Source: Frankiales bacterium (lineage in GTDB: Bacteria > Actinomycetota > Actinomycetes > Mycobacteriales > SCTD01). From it: a DNA stretch of 39,069 bases. Numbering within the stretch: the first letter of the stretch is position 1; each line of letters opens with the position of its first letter. Positions 16,300-24,182 of the stretch are shown here, piece after piece. The notes under the pieces were generated by a model. The model saw only the letters and a list, made by a program, of their open reading frames with translations, did not search any database and had not been told where the DNA came from. A program made the translations under genes and the position numbers. Location: assembly GCA_025464915.1 (NCBI GenBank), contig JAODNF010000479.1:1-39069 (forward strand), written 5' to 3'.

Positions 16300-17351
16300 G
16301 CCCGTCCACGAGAGGAACCCCCAAGAAGATGGCTACCCCCACGCTGAGCCGTCAGCGGAGCAAGCCGGCGAGCATGTCGGCGGCCGGTTTCCAGGAGGCG
16401 TTCGAGCGGATCGTCGACAACGCGTCCCTGGTCATCAAGGGCAAGGAGTCGGCGATCCGGCTGGTGCTGACGGCGATGATCGCTGACGGGCACTGCCTGC
16501 TGGAGGACATGCCCGGCACCGGCAAGACCATGATGGCGCGGGCGCTGTCGACGTCGATCAACGCCGAGTCCAACCGCATCCAGTGCACGCCGGACCTGCT
16601 GCCGTCGGACGTGACCGGTGCGCCGGTGCTGGACACCCGGACGGGAACGTTCACGTTCCGGCAGGGGCCGGTGTTCAGCAACGTGCTGCTGGTCGACGAG
16701 ATCAACCGCGCAACGCCCAAGACGCAGTCCGCGCTGCTGGAGGCCATGCAGGAGCGCAACGTCACGATCGACGGGCACACCCACAAGCTGCCCGTCCCGT
16801 TCCTGATCCTCGCGACCCAGAACCCGGTGGAGCAGGCCGGGACGTTCCCGCTGCCGGAGGCGCAGCTCGACCGGTTCCTGATCAAGCTGTCCGTCGGCTA
16901 CCCGGACCGGGAGGCCGAGGGCGAGCTGCTGGACGCGAACCGCTCGACGGAGGCGATCACCCGGCTCGGCGGGGTGTCGAGCACCGAGGAGGTGATCGCC
17001 ATGCAGCGGTTCTGCCAGGACGTGGAGCTGCCGGAGCCGGTGAAGATGTACATCGTCGACGTCTGCCAGGCGACCCGCACCGACCCGTCGCTGCTGATGG
17101 GTGCGAGCTCACGTGCCTCGCTCGCGCTGGTCAAGGCCTCCCGCGTCCGGGCCGCGAGCCAGGGCCGGGACGTGGTGCTCCCCGACGACGTCCGGGCCCT
17201 GCTGTCCGCGGTCATCGAGCACCGCCTGATCCTGACCCCCGACGCGCAGCTGCGCGACGAGACCGTGAGCAACGTGCTGGAGCGCATCCTCACCCGCATC
17301 CCCGTGCCGCTCGGCGTCGGCGACTCCGGCTCGCTGCGCAAGGTCACCTGA
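16296..17351 (+). CDS. MoxR-family AAA+ ATPase (351 aa)
   Basis: 'VIKGKESAIRLVLTAMIADGHCLLEDMPGTGKTMMARAL', 'IQCTPDLLPSDVTG', Walker B 'LLVDEINRATPKTQSALLEAMQE', 'LATQNPVEQAGTFPLPEAQLDRF'. The ATG overlaps the ABC stop (ATGA 16296-16299). Confidence 0.92.
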   Translation: MSPSTRGTPKKMATPTLSRQRSKPASMSAAGFQEAFERIVDNASLVIKGKESAIRLVLTAMIADGHCLLEDMPGTGKTMMARALSTSINAESNRIQCTPDLLPSDVTGAPVLDTRTGTFTFRQGPVFSNVLLVDEINRATPKTQSALLEAMQERNVTIDGHTHKLPVPFLILATQNPVEQAGTFPLPEAQLDRFLIKLSVGYPDREAEGELLDANRSTEAITRLGGVSSTEEVIAMQRFCQDVELPEPVKMYIVDVCQATRTDPSLLMGASSRASLALVKASRVRAASQGRDVVLPDDVRALLSAVIEHRLILTPDAQLRDETVSNVLERILTRIPVPLGVGDSGSLRKVT

Positions 17352-17356
17352 GACCC

Positions 17357-18622
17357 GTGCTCCGCACCCGCTCCTCGCGCGCGACGTCCGATCCGGAGGT
17401 CGCGGGCGTCGCCGCGCTCATCGAGCGGGTCACCGGGCTGACCGCCGCCGGTGCGGTGGTGCTCGTCGCGAGCCTGCTCGGCTACCTCGTGGCCAAGTCG
17501 CTCGGAGGGCGCGCGCTGTTCCTGCTCGTCTACGCAGGCATCCTGATGGTCGTCGCGGCGGCAGTGACCTCCCGCCGCAAGCGCCGGCTGAGCGCCGAGC
17601 GGTCGGCGCTGCCGACCCGGATGCGCGTCGGTCAGGTCGCGGAGGTCGAGGTCACCGTGCGCGCCCCCGGCCGGCTGCGTGCGTTCGTGGTGCAGGAGCA
17701 CCTGTCCTCGCTGCTCGCCGACCAGGTGCGGGTGCCGGTGCCGTCGGTCGGTGGGGACCAGGAGTTCGTGCACACCTACGCCATCCGGCCGACCCTGCGC
17801 GGGGTCTACCAGCTCGGCCCGCTCGCCGCGGAGTGGACCGACCCGTTCGGGCTGGCCCGGCACCAGCAGCCGCTGACCGACCCGGTCGACGTGATCGTGC
17901 ACCCGACGACGGACGCGATCTTCGACCGACCCCTGACCCGGATGTGGGAGGACCCGCCCTTCCGGCCGCCCGTGAGCACGCCCTGGCCGCAGGGCTTCGA
18001 GTTCTACGGGATGCGCGACTACGTGCCCGGTGACGACCCGCGCCGGATCGTCTGGACCGCTGCGGCCCGCACCGGGAAGTACCTCGTCCGCGAGTCCGAG
18101 CAGGGCATCACCGACCGCATCACGCTGGTCCTCGACAACGAGCGCAAGGCGCACAGCCCCGGCTACCCGTCGGAGACCTTCGAGCTGGCGATCCGTGCCG
18201 TCGCCTCGCTCGGCGCCTACAACATCAAGCAGGGCTACTCGGTGCGGCTCAGCTGCAACGAGCAGGTGCTGGCCCGTGAGCTGCGGGGCAGCAAGGCGCG
18301 GATCGCGATGCTCGACGAGCTGGCCCGCCTCGAGCTGACAGACGTCCCTGTCCACAACGCGATCGAGCGGGTCATCACCGAGCGCCGGGGCGACACCCAC
18401 ATGTGCTTCGTCTCGACCCGCTTCGACAGCAAGACGGCCTCCCGGATCCGGATGCTCACCGACAAGGGGATGTCGCTCGTCGTGGCCCTCGTGCAGTGGG
18501 AGGACGCAGATCCCAACGCGGCCCGCCGGGCACGCGAGATCGGGGCGCAGGTCGTCACGATCAGCCCCGGCCAGCAGCTGGAGCACGCCTTCGCCCACGC
18601 ACTCGGACTGGCGGTGCGCTGA
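17357..18622 (+). CDS. DUF58 (vWA-like) domain protein, MoxR partner (421 aa)
   Basis: Two N-terminal TM helices, then 'WTDPFGLARHQQ', 'FEFYGMRDYVPGDDPRRIVWTAAARTGKYLVRESEQ', 'ITLVLDNE'. GTG start 5 nt after the MoxR stop. The upstream part of the track ORF is out-of-frame overlap. Confidence 0.88.
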   Translation: MLRTRSSRATSDPEVAGVAALIERVTGLTAAGAVVLVASLLGYLVAKSLGGRALFLLVYAGILMVVAAAVTSRRKRRLSAERSALPTRMRVGQVAEVEVTVRAPGRLRAFVVQEHLSSLLADQVRVPVPSVGGDQEFVHTYAIRPTLRGVYQLGPLAAEWTDPFGLARHQQPLTDPVDVIVHPTTDAIFDRPLTRMWEDPPFRPPVSTPWPQGFEFYGMRDYVPGDDPRRIVWTAAARTGKYLVRESEQGITDRITLVLDNERKAHSPGYPSETFELAIRAVASLGAYNIKQGYSVRLSCNEQVLARELRGSKARIAMLDELARLELTDVPVHNAIERVITERRGDTHMCFVSTRFDSKTASRIRMLTDKGMSLVVALVQWEDADPNAARRAREIGAQVVTISPGQQLEHAFAHALGLAVR

Positions 18623-21465
18623 TGACCTCTCTGCTGGACCGTCCCGACGCCGACCTCGAGCTCGACCTCGACACCCCCGAGACCACGGAGGTGCCGGAGG
18701 ACGCTCTCGCCCCCGCGGCGCTCGGCCTCGCGGTCGTCTCGGGCGCACTCGCCAGCGCCGCTGCCGCCTGGATGGTCGGTGGCGTCTTCCGCGGGAACGA
18801 GGCCCGCTTCATCGGCTTCCTCGGCGTGCTCGTCGGCGCCGGCCTGGTCTACGCCGGCACCCGGCTGCGCAGCGCCGTCGCGCAGTACCTCGTGCTCCCC
18901 GTCGCGCTGCTCCTGGGTGCGGTGCTGATGAGCTCCGCGTCCGGTGCGGGCACCTCCAGCCTGCCGGCGCTGGTGAAGGACGCGGTCACGTCCTCGCAGG
19001 TGCTGCAGCCGCCGATCGACTTCGCCCCCGGCTGGCGGCTCGTGCTGCTCGTCGTGCTGGCGCTGCTCTCCTCCTCGGCGTGCGCCCTGGCGCTCTCCCT
19101 CAACCGGCCGCGCCTCGCGGTCGCGGTGCCGACGCCCCTGACGGTCGTGGCGGCCCTCGTGCAGCCCGGCTCGTCGGCCGTGACGACCAGCGCCGTCAGC
19201 GTCGGCCTGGTGATGATGGCCCTCGCCACGTCGTACGCCGCCGATGGCGTCGGTGACACGTTCGACGCCGGCTTCGAGGTGCGACGGCTGGCCCGCAGCC
19301 TGGTCGCCGGGGTGCTGCTCGTGACGGCGCTGGTCCTCGCCAGCAAGGTGTCGTTCCTGTTCCCCGACAAGGAGCAGCACCACGTCATCCCGCCGCGCCG
19401 GCCGCCCGCGAGCCCGCCCGGACCCGACGTCCCGCTCTACTCGGTCAAGGGGACGCTGACGGGTCCCCTGCGCGCGGGCGTCATCGACGTCTACGACAAC
19501 AAGGAGCGGGCCTGGCTGCTGCCGCCCGTCGACAACCAGCGGCTCCAGCGGCTGGCCCTGCCCGCCGACGTCCCCGCCGCACCGGCCGCGTTCGGGACGG
19601 CCACCTCGGTCACGGTCACCGTCGAGCAGGCCAAGGGCCACGCCCTGCCGAGCGTCGCGGGCGTGCGCCGCGTCGAGGGCAGCGCGACCGTCGACCTCGA
19701 CCCCCGCACCCAGGGGCTCTCGCTCCCGCAGCGCCCTGTCTTCACCGGCCTGCGCTACACCCTCACCTCCAACCCCGCGCCGACCGGCAAGCAGCTCAGC
19801 GACGTCACCGGCGTCGTCCCACCGGCGCTGAAGGACTTCCTCACCGCGCCCGCAGTCCCGCCGGCCGTGCAGGCGCTGCTCGACAAGGCGCCCGAGGGCA
19901 AGTACGCCCGGTTGCAGGCGCTGCGGACGGCCTTGTACCGCTCGTTCATCGCCTCCGGTCAGGGCAAGCCGACCGACGTCTCCGCGGACCGCGTCGTGGA
20001 GCTGCTCGGCGGCGGCACCGGCAACCCCTACGAGCTGACGGCCTCCGAGGCGCTGCTCGCCCGCTGGGCCGGGATCCCGTCGCGCATCGGGTTCGGCTAC
20101 TACAACGGGCAGCCGAGGGACGACGGCTCGGTGGAGTTCCGGCCGGCGAACGCCGCGACCTACCTCGAGGTCTACTTCGCGCCGTACGGCTGGGTGCCCG
20201 TCATCGGGACGCCGCCGCGGGCACAGCAGAGCCTGTCCAACAACCAGCGCAACAACGACCCGAACATCACGGCCTCGCCGGAGCTCGGGATCAGCATCTA
20301 CCTGCCGGTGCGCCAGGCGAGCCGGCTGCCGCTCTACGAGTACGCCCGCTACTTCTTGGTCCGCACGCTCCCCTTCCTCGCCGGCGCGGGGCTGCTGCTG
20401 CTGCTCTACCCCCTGGTGCTCAAGCGGGTCCGCCGGCGACGTCGTCGGGCCTGGGCGCAGCTGCACGGACCAGCCGGCGCCGTCGCAGCGGCCTACTGCG
20501 GGCTGCGCGACCACATGATCGACCTCGCCCTTCCCGGCCGAGGCCTGACCCCGCTGGAGCTGGTGGAGCTCGTGGACGAGGACGAGGAGCACGCCGAGCT
20601 CGCCTGGCTCGCCAGTCGTGGCCTGTGGGGCGACCTGCGCGGTCGGCTGACCGAGGCCGACGGCGACGAGGCGACCCGGCTCGCCGCATCCGTCGCGGAA
20701 CGGCTGAGCAAGGCGCAGCCGGAGACGGCCCGGCTGCTCGCCGCCGTCTCCCGGGCCAGCCTTCGGATGCCCTACAGCACCGAGCTGCCGAACGCCTGGT
20801 GGCAGCCCCGGCTGCCCCGGCCGCGGCTGCGCCTGCGCCTCGCCCGGTTGCGTCCCGCGACCTCGGCTGTCCTGGTGCTCGCCGTGCTGCTCGTCGGCGG
20901 TTGCTCCTCAGGAGGAGCCAAGAAGGCCGAGCCCCAGGTGCCGTTCCCGACCCGGCTCGCGCCGACCGCGGTGGCCGGCCTGCAGGTGCACGAGGAGGAC
21001 AAGGCGGCCGCGGCCTACGTCAAGGGAGCCGCCGACAAGAACGTCATCCTGTCCGAGGGCAAGGTCGTCTCGTTCAACAAGAACGGGCTCGTGCAGGCAG
21101 CCCTGCAGGTCGCGCAGCTCAAGAAGGGCTACATCAGCAGCGACAAGGACGTCGTGTCGGCGATCACCCGCAGCATCGGCGACACCATCCGCCGGCTGGG
21201 CCCCCAGGGCGGACACGAGCTGTTCGCGCTCGACGACGGCAGCCAGCGGATCTATGTCTGGTTCCCCACCGTGAAGTCGATGGCCCTGCTCGTCGTCCGC
21301 GCCCAGATCAACGCCGGAGCCGCCGAGGCCCTCGCTCGTGCGCTCATCGGCTACGGCGACGGCGGCGACATCGACGACACCGCCCTGTCGGCCGCGTTCA
21401 CCGCCAGCGAGAGCACCACTCCCGGCACACCCAGCACCGCACCCTCCGTGGAGCCCACCCCATGA
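18622..21465 (+). CDS. Transglutaminase-like (TgpA-type) polytopic membrane protein with DUF4129-like region and an extra C-terminal lipoprotein-like module (947 aa)
   Basis: N-terminal TM bundle. TGase-core flanks 'ARWAGIPSRIGFGYY' and 'LEVYFAPYGWVPVIGTP'. TM 'LPFLAGAGLLLLLYPLVL' followed by RRRRRR. Then an internal signal-peptide/lipobox-like 'RLRLARLRPATSAVLVLAVLLVGGCSSG'. The ATG at 18622 overlaps the DUF58 stop (TGATG). Confidence 0.8.
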   Translation: MTSLLDRPDADLELDLDTPETTEVPEDALAPAALGLAVVSGALASAAAAWMVGGVFRGNEARFIGFLGVLVGAGLVYAGTRLRSAVAQYLVLPVALLLGAVLMSSASGAGTSSLPALVKDAVTSSQVLQPPIDFAPGWRLVLLVVLALLSSSACALALSLNRPRLAVAVPTPLTVVAALVQPGSSAVTTSAVSVGLVMMALATSYAADGVGDTFDAGFEVRRLARSLVAGVLLVTALVLASKVSFLFPDKEQHHVIPPRRPPASPPGPDVPLYSVKGTLTGPLRAGVIDVYDNKERAWLLPPVDNQRLQRLALPADVPAAPAAFGTATSVTVTVEQAKGHALPSVAGVRRVEGSATVDLDPRTQGLSLPQRPVFTGLRYTLTSNPAPTGKQLSDVTGVVPPALKDFLTAPAVPPAVQALLDKAPEGKYARLQALRTALYRSFIASGQGKPTDVSADRVVELLGGGTGNPYELTASEALLARWAGIPSRIGFGYYNGQPRDDGSVEFRPANAATYLEVYFAPYGWVPVIGTPPRAQQSLSNNQRNNDPNITASPELGISIYLPVRQASRLPLYEYARYFLVRTLPFLAGAGLLLLLYPLVLKRVRRRRRRAWAQLHGPAGAVAAAYCGLRDHMIDLALPGRGLTPLELVELVDEDEEHAELAWLASRGLWGDLRGRLTEADGDEATRLAASVAERLSKAQPETARLLAAVSRASLRMPYSTELPNAWWQPRLPRPRLRLRLARLRPATSAVLVLAVLLVGGCSSGGAKKAEPQVPFPTRLAPTAVAGLQVHEEDKAAAAYVKGAADKNVILSEGKVVSFNKNGLVQAALQVAQLKKGYISSDKDVVSAITRSIGDTIRRLGPQGGHELFALDDGSQRIYVWFPTVKSMALLVVRAQINAGAAEALARALIGYGDGGDIDDTALSAAFTASESTTPGTPSTAPSVEPTP

Positions 21466-22430
21466 AGCGCACCCTGCTCGTCCCGCTCGCCGTCGCCACC
21501 CTCGTCAGCGGCTGCGGACCCACGACGCACCTGGACCTGAGCCTGCGCAGCGTCCCGGTCACGATCCCGCGGCTCGTCACGCCGGCTGTGACCCTGGTGC
21601 CGCCGGCGACGGGGCCCGTCCCGGTGAGCCTGCCGCCGCTGCCCCCTTCCGTGGTCCAGCTGCCGCAACTCCCGCCGCCCTCGGCCCCGCCCGTGCAGGT
21701 GCCGCCTCCGAAGCCGCCGGCCTGCCCGACCGCCGGTCAGTTCGACGTACCCGCGAAGCCCGCGAGCCCGCTCGTGACGAAGCCACCGGCGCCGGGGCGC
21801 TACACGATGAACGCGTTCGGGACCTACGCCAAGGGCGGCACGGTGAAGCCCCTCAACGGCAGCGTCGACGTGCTCGTCACGGCGCTCCCGAGCTCGACCA
21901 GCGCGGTCGGCCAGCAGATCGACGCCTGGCAGGTGAAGCGCACCGACGCGACCAGCGTCTCGGTCGAGGTCTACCAGCTCGTGCACGTGTCCTCCTCACC
22001 GGCGGCGACCGCGGCCGGCATCTACCTCGTCGGGCTGGCGTGGAAGGACCCGGTGCGCGGTGACCTCACCTTCCAGGCTGCCGGCAACGGCGTCCTGATC
22101 GTGCCGGACCCCGTGGCGATCGCGACCAGTGCGGCGCAGTACGCCGGGGCGGCCACCGACCCGAACAGCCTCACCACGCTCGCGATCGTCCGCAACGTCA
22201 CCGGCCGCAAGCGGGTCGATGCCTGCGGCCGGCTCATCGACACCTACACCGTGGCGATGACGGGAACGCTGGTCTCACCGGGGATGCAGCGCCAGCTCTC
22301 GTGGACGCAGCAGATCGCCACGGCGTACGGCGGCTCCGACGTCGAGGACAGCTTCACCCTGTCGTCGCCGGTCGAAGGCTTCACGTGGACCCGGACGCTG
22401 CGCAACACCGCTCTGCCGAAGGAGGTCTGA
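21462..22430 (+). CDS. Lipoprotein with Pro-rich linker, unknown function (322 aa)
   Basis: 'MKRTLLVPLAVATLVSGC' signal plus lipobox. 'PPLPPSVVQLPQLPPPSAPPVQVPPPKPP' linker. ATGA overlap with the upstream stop at 21462-21465. Confidence 0.8.
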   Translation: MKRTLLVPLAVATLVSGCGPTTHLDLSLRSVPVTIPRLVTPAVTLVPPATGPVPVSLPPLPPSVVQLPQLPPPSAPPVQVPPPKPPACPTAGQFDVPAKPASPLVTKPPAPGRYTMNAFGTYAKGGTVKPLNGSVDVLVTALPSSTSAVGQQIDAWQVKRTDATSVSVEVYQLVHVSSSPAATAAGIYLVGLAWKDPVRGDLTFQAAGNGVLIVPDPVAIATSAAQYAGAATDPNSLTTLAIVRNVTGRKRVDACGRLIDTYTVAMTGTLVSPGMQRQLSWTQQIATAYGGSDVEDSFTLSSPVEGFTWTRTLRNTALPKEV

Positions 22431-24169
22431 TGAGCACCCTTCGCCGTCCCGGCCGCACCCCGGGCGCCGTCAACCTGGCCGTGGCGCTCGGACTGCTCGT
22501 GCTGCTGCTGCCACTTCTGCTGCACGCCGCCACCGCGTCACCGCCCACGGCCGCCGAGTTCTCGCCCAACGCCAAGCAGGTCATCAAGAAGGCGCCGCCC
22601 GGCCAGGCCGCGGCGGTGAGCGGGACCGGCGCGAGCCCGACGCCCACCCCGAGCCCAGGCGCCTCGGCTCAGCCGTCGGCCGCCCCGTCCAGCCCGACAC
22701 CCTCCGCCGCGCCGCAAGCGGTCGCCGAGAACCTGCTCAAGCAGTGCGTCGGTCCGCCGCCGCTGCGGCAGATCGAGGACCCGCAGTCGCCGCCGTGCAT
22801 CGCCTACTGGAAGGGCGACAACGGGGGTGCGACCTCGAAAGGCGTGACCCGCGAGAACGTCTACATCGCGGTGCCCACGCCGGAGAACGCGCAGGCGCAG
22901 TACACCGCGCTGTTCAACTTCTTCAACAAGCGCTTCCAGTTCTACGGCCGCAAGCTCGTCCCCGAGTTCTGCTCGTCGACGGGCGGCGGGTCCGGCTCGT
23001 CGGACCAGGCGAACCAGAACAAGGATGCCGCCGACGCGGCGGCCGGCTGCAACAAGATGCCGAAGCCGTTCGCCTCGACGTTCTACCGGCAGAACAACGG
23101 CGCCTACTACATGCCGGCAATGGCCTGCCGCTACAAGACGATCGTCGTCGGGTCCTACTCGCCCTACGACAGCCGCTTCCTGAACCGGTGCGCTCCCTAC
23201 CAGTTCCAGTACCCGATGGAGGTCGACGAGGAGTTCGCCAACATCGGCGAGTGGACGTGCAACCGGCTCGCCGGCCGGCTGGCGCAGTGGGCCGACGGCA
23301 ACGACGGCTCGGCGCCGCCGAAGCGGCTCAGCTCGCTCAAGCGCAAGTTCGGCATCCTGCTCGAGCCGTTCACCGACGACGACCCGGTGCTGACCCGGTC
23401 GGCGCTGCAGCCGATCGTCTCCCGGCTGCATGCGTGCGGTGCCGACGTGCCGACCCAGGACGCCATCATCAACCCGGTCACGGGCGAGTTCGACGCCGCC
23501 TCGGCGCAGAACGCGATGCTGCAGCTGAAGAACGACGGCGTCACGACCGTCATCTGCATGTGCAACTTCTTCAGCTTCGGCACCCTGCAGCGCGGTGCGG
23601 CGACGAACGCCTTCACTCCCGAGTGGATCAGCTCGACGTTCGGCCTCAACGACGTGAACAGCTCGTTCCTGCTCGGCGCCGGTCCCGCGGCCGAGCTGGC
23701 GAACACCTTCGGCGTCACGTTCCAGCCGCGGATGGTCAACCCGCTGCTGAACCCCTACAACGTGGCCCTGGCCGAGGGGGACCCCAGCCAGTCGCCGGAC
23801 ACGGCCACCACCGGGGAGGCCAAGCTCGAGGTCTACCGCGCCCTGCTGCTGCTCGCCTCCGGCATCCAGATGGCCGGCCCGGACCTCAACGTCACGACCT
23901 TCCGCGACGGCCTGCGCCGCACGAAGTTCCCGAACCCGCTGACTGAGACCCACGCCGGCTTCGTGGGCTTCACCTCCGACGGCTACTCGATGACCAAGGA
24001 CGGCGCCGAGTGGTGGTGGAGCAACAGCGCGCAGGGGCCGTTCTCCGACAGCAGCGGCCACCCCGGCACGGTCTGCTACCTCAGCGGCGGCCGCCGCTAC
24101 TCCCTCGGGACCTGGCCTCGCGGTGCTGCCCCGTTCTTCGCCGGGTCGTGCGACTCCGGTGCCTCGTGA
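22430..24169 (+). CDS. Exported Cys-rich protein, distantly type-I periplasmic-binding-protein-like (579 aa)
   Basis: N-terminal anchor/signal 'AVNLAVALGLLVLLLPLLL' and a Pro/Ser/Thr/Ala linker. Alternating beta-alpha-like blocks 'NVYIAVPTP...', 'KFGILLEPF...', 'GVTTVICMCNFF'. 12 Cys in the mature part. GGAGG SD, and the ATG overlaps the upstream stop (TGATG 22428-22432). The fold call is an inference. Confidence 0.6.
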   Translation: MSTLRRPGRTPGAVNLAVALGLLVLLLPLLLHAATASPPTAAEFSPNAKQVIKKAPPGQAAAVSGTGASPTPTPSPGASAQPSAAPSSPTPSAAPQAVAENLLKQCVGPPPLRQIEDPQSPPCIAYWKGDNGGATSKGVTRENVYIAVPTPENAQAQYTALFNFFNKRFQFYGRKLVPEFCSSTGGGSGSSDQANQNKDAADAAAGCNKMPKPFASTFYRQNNGAYYMPAMACRYKTIVVGSYSPYDSRFLNRCAPYQFQYPMEVDEEFANIGEWTCNRLAGRLAQWADGNDGSAPPKRLSSLKRKFGILLEPFTDDDPVLTRSALQPIVSRLHACGADVPTQDAIINPVTGEFDAASAQNAMLQLKNDGVTTVICMCNFFSFGTLQRGAATNAFTPEWISSTFGLNDVNSSFLLGAGPAAELANTFGVTFQPRMVNPLLNPYNVALAEGDPSQSPDTATTGEAKLEVYRALLLLASGIQMAGPDLNVTTFRDGLRRTKFPNPLTETHAGFVGFTSDGYSMTKDGAEWWWSNSAQGPFSDSSGHPGTVCYLSGGRRYSLGTWPRGAAPFFAGSCDSGAS

Positions 24170-24182
24170 ACAGGAGACTGCC

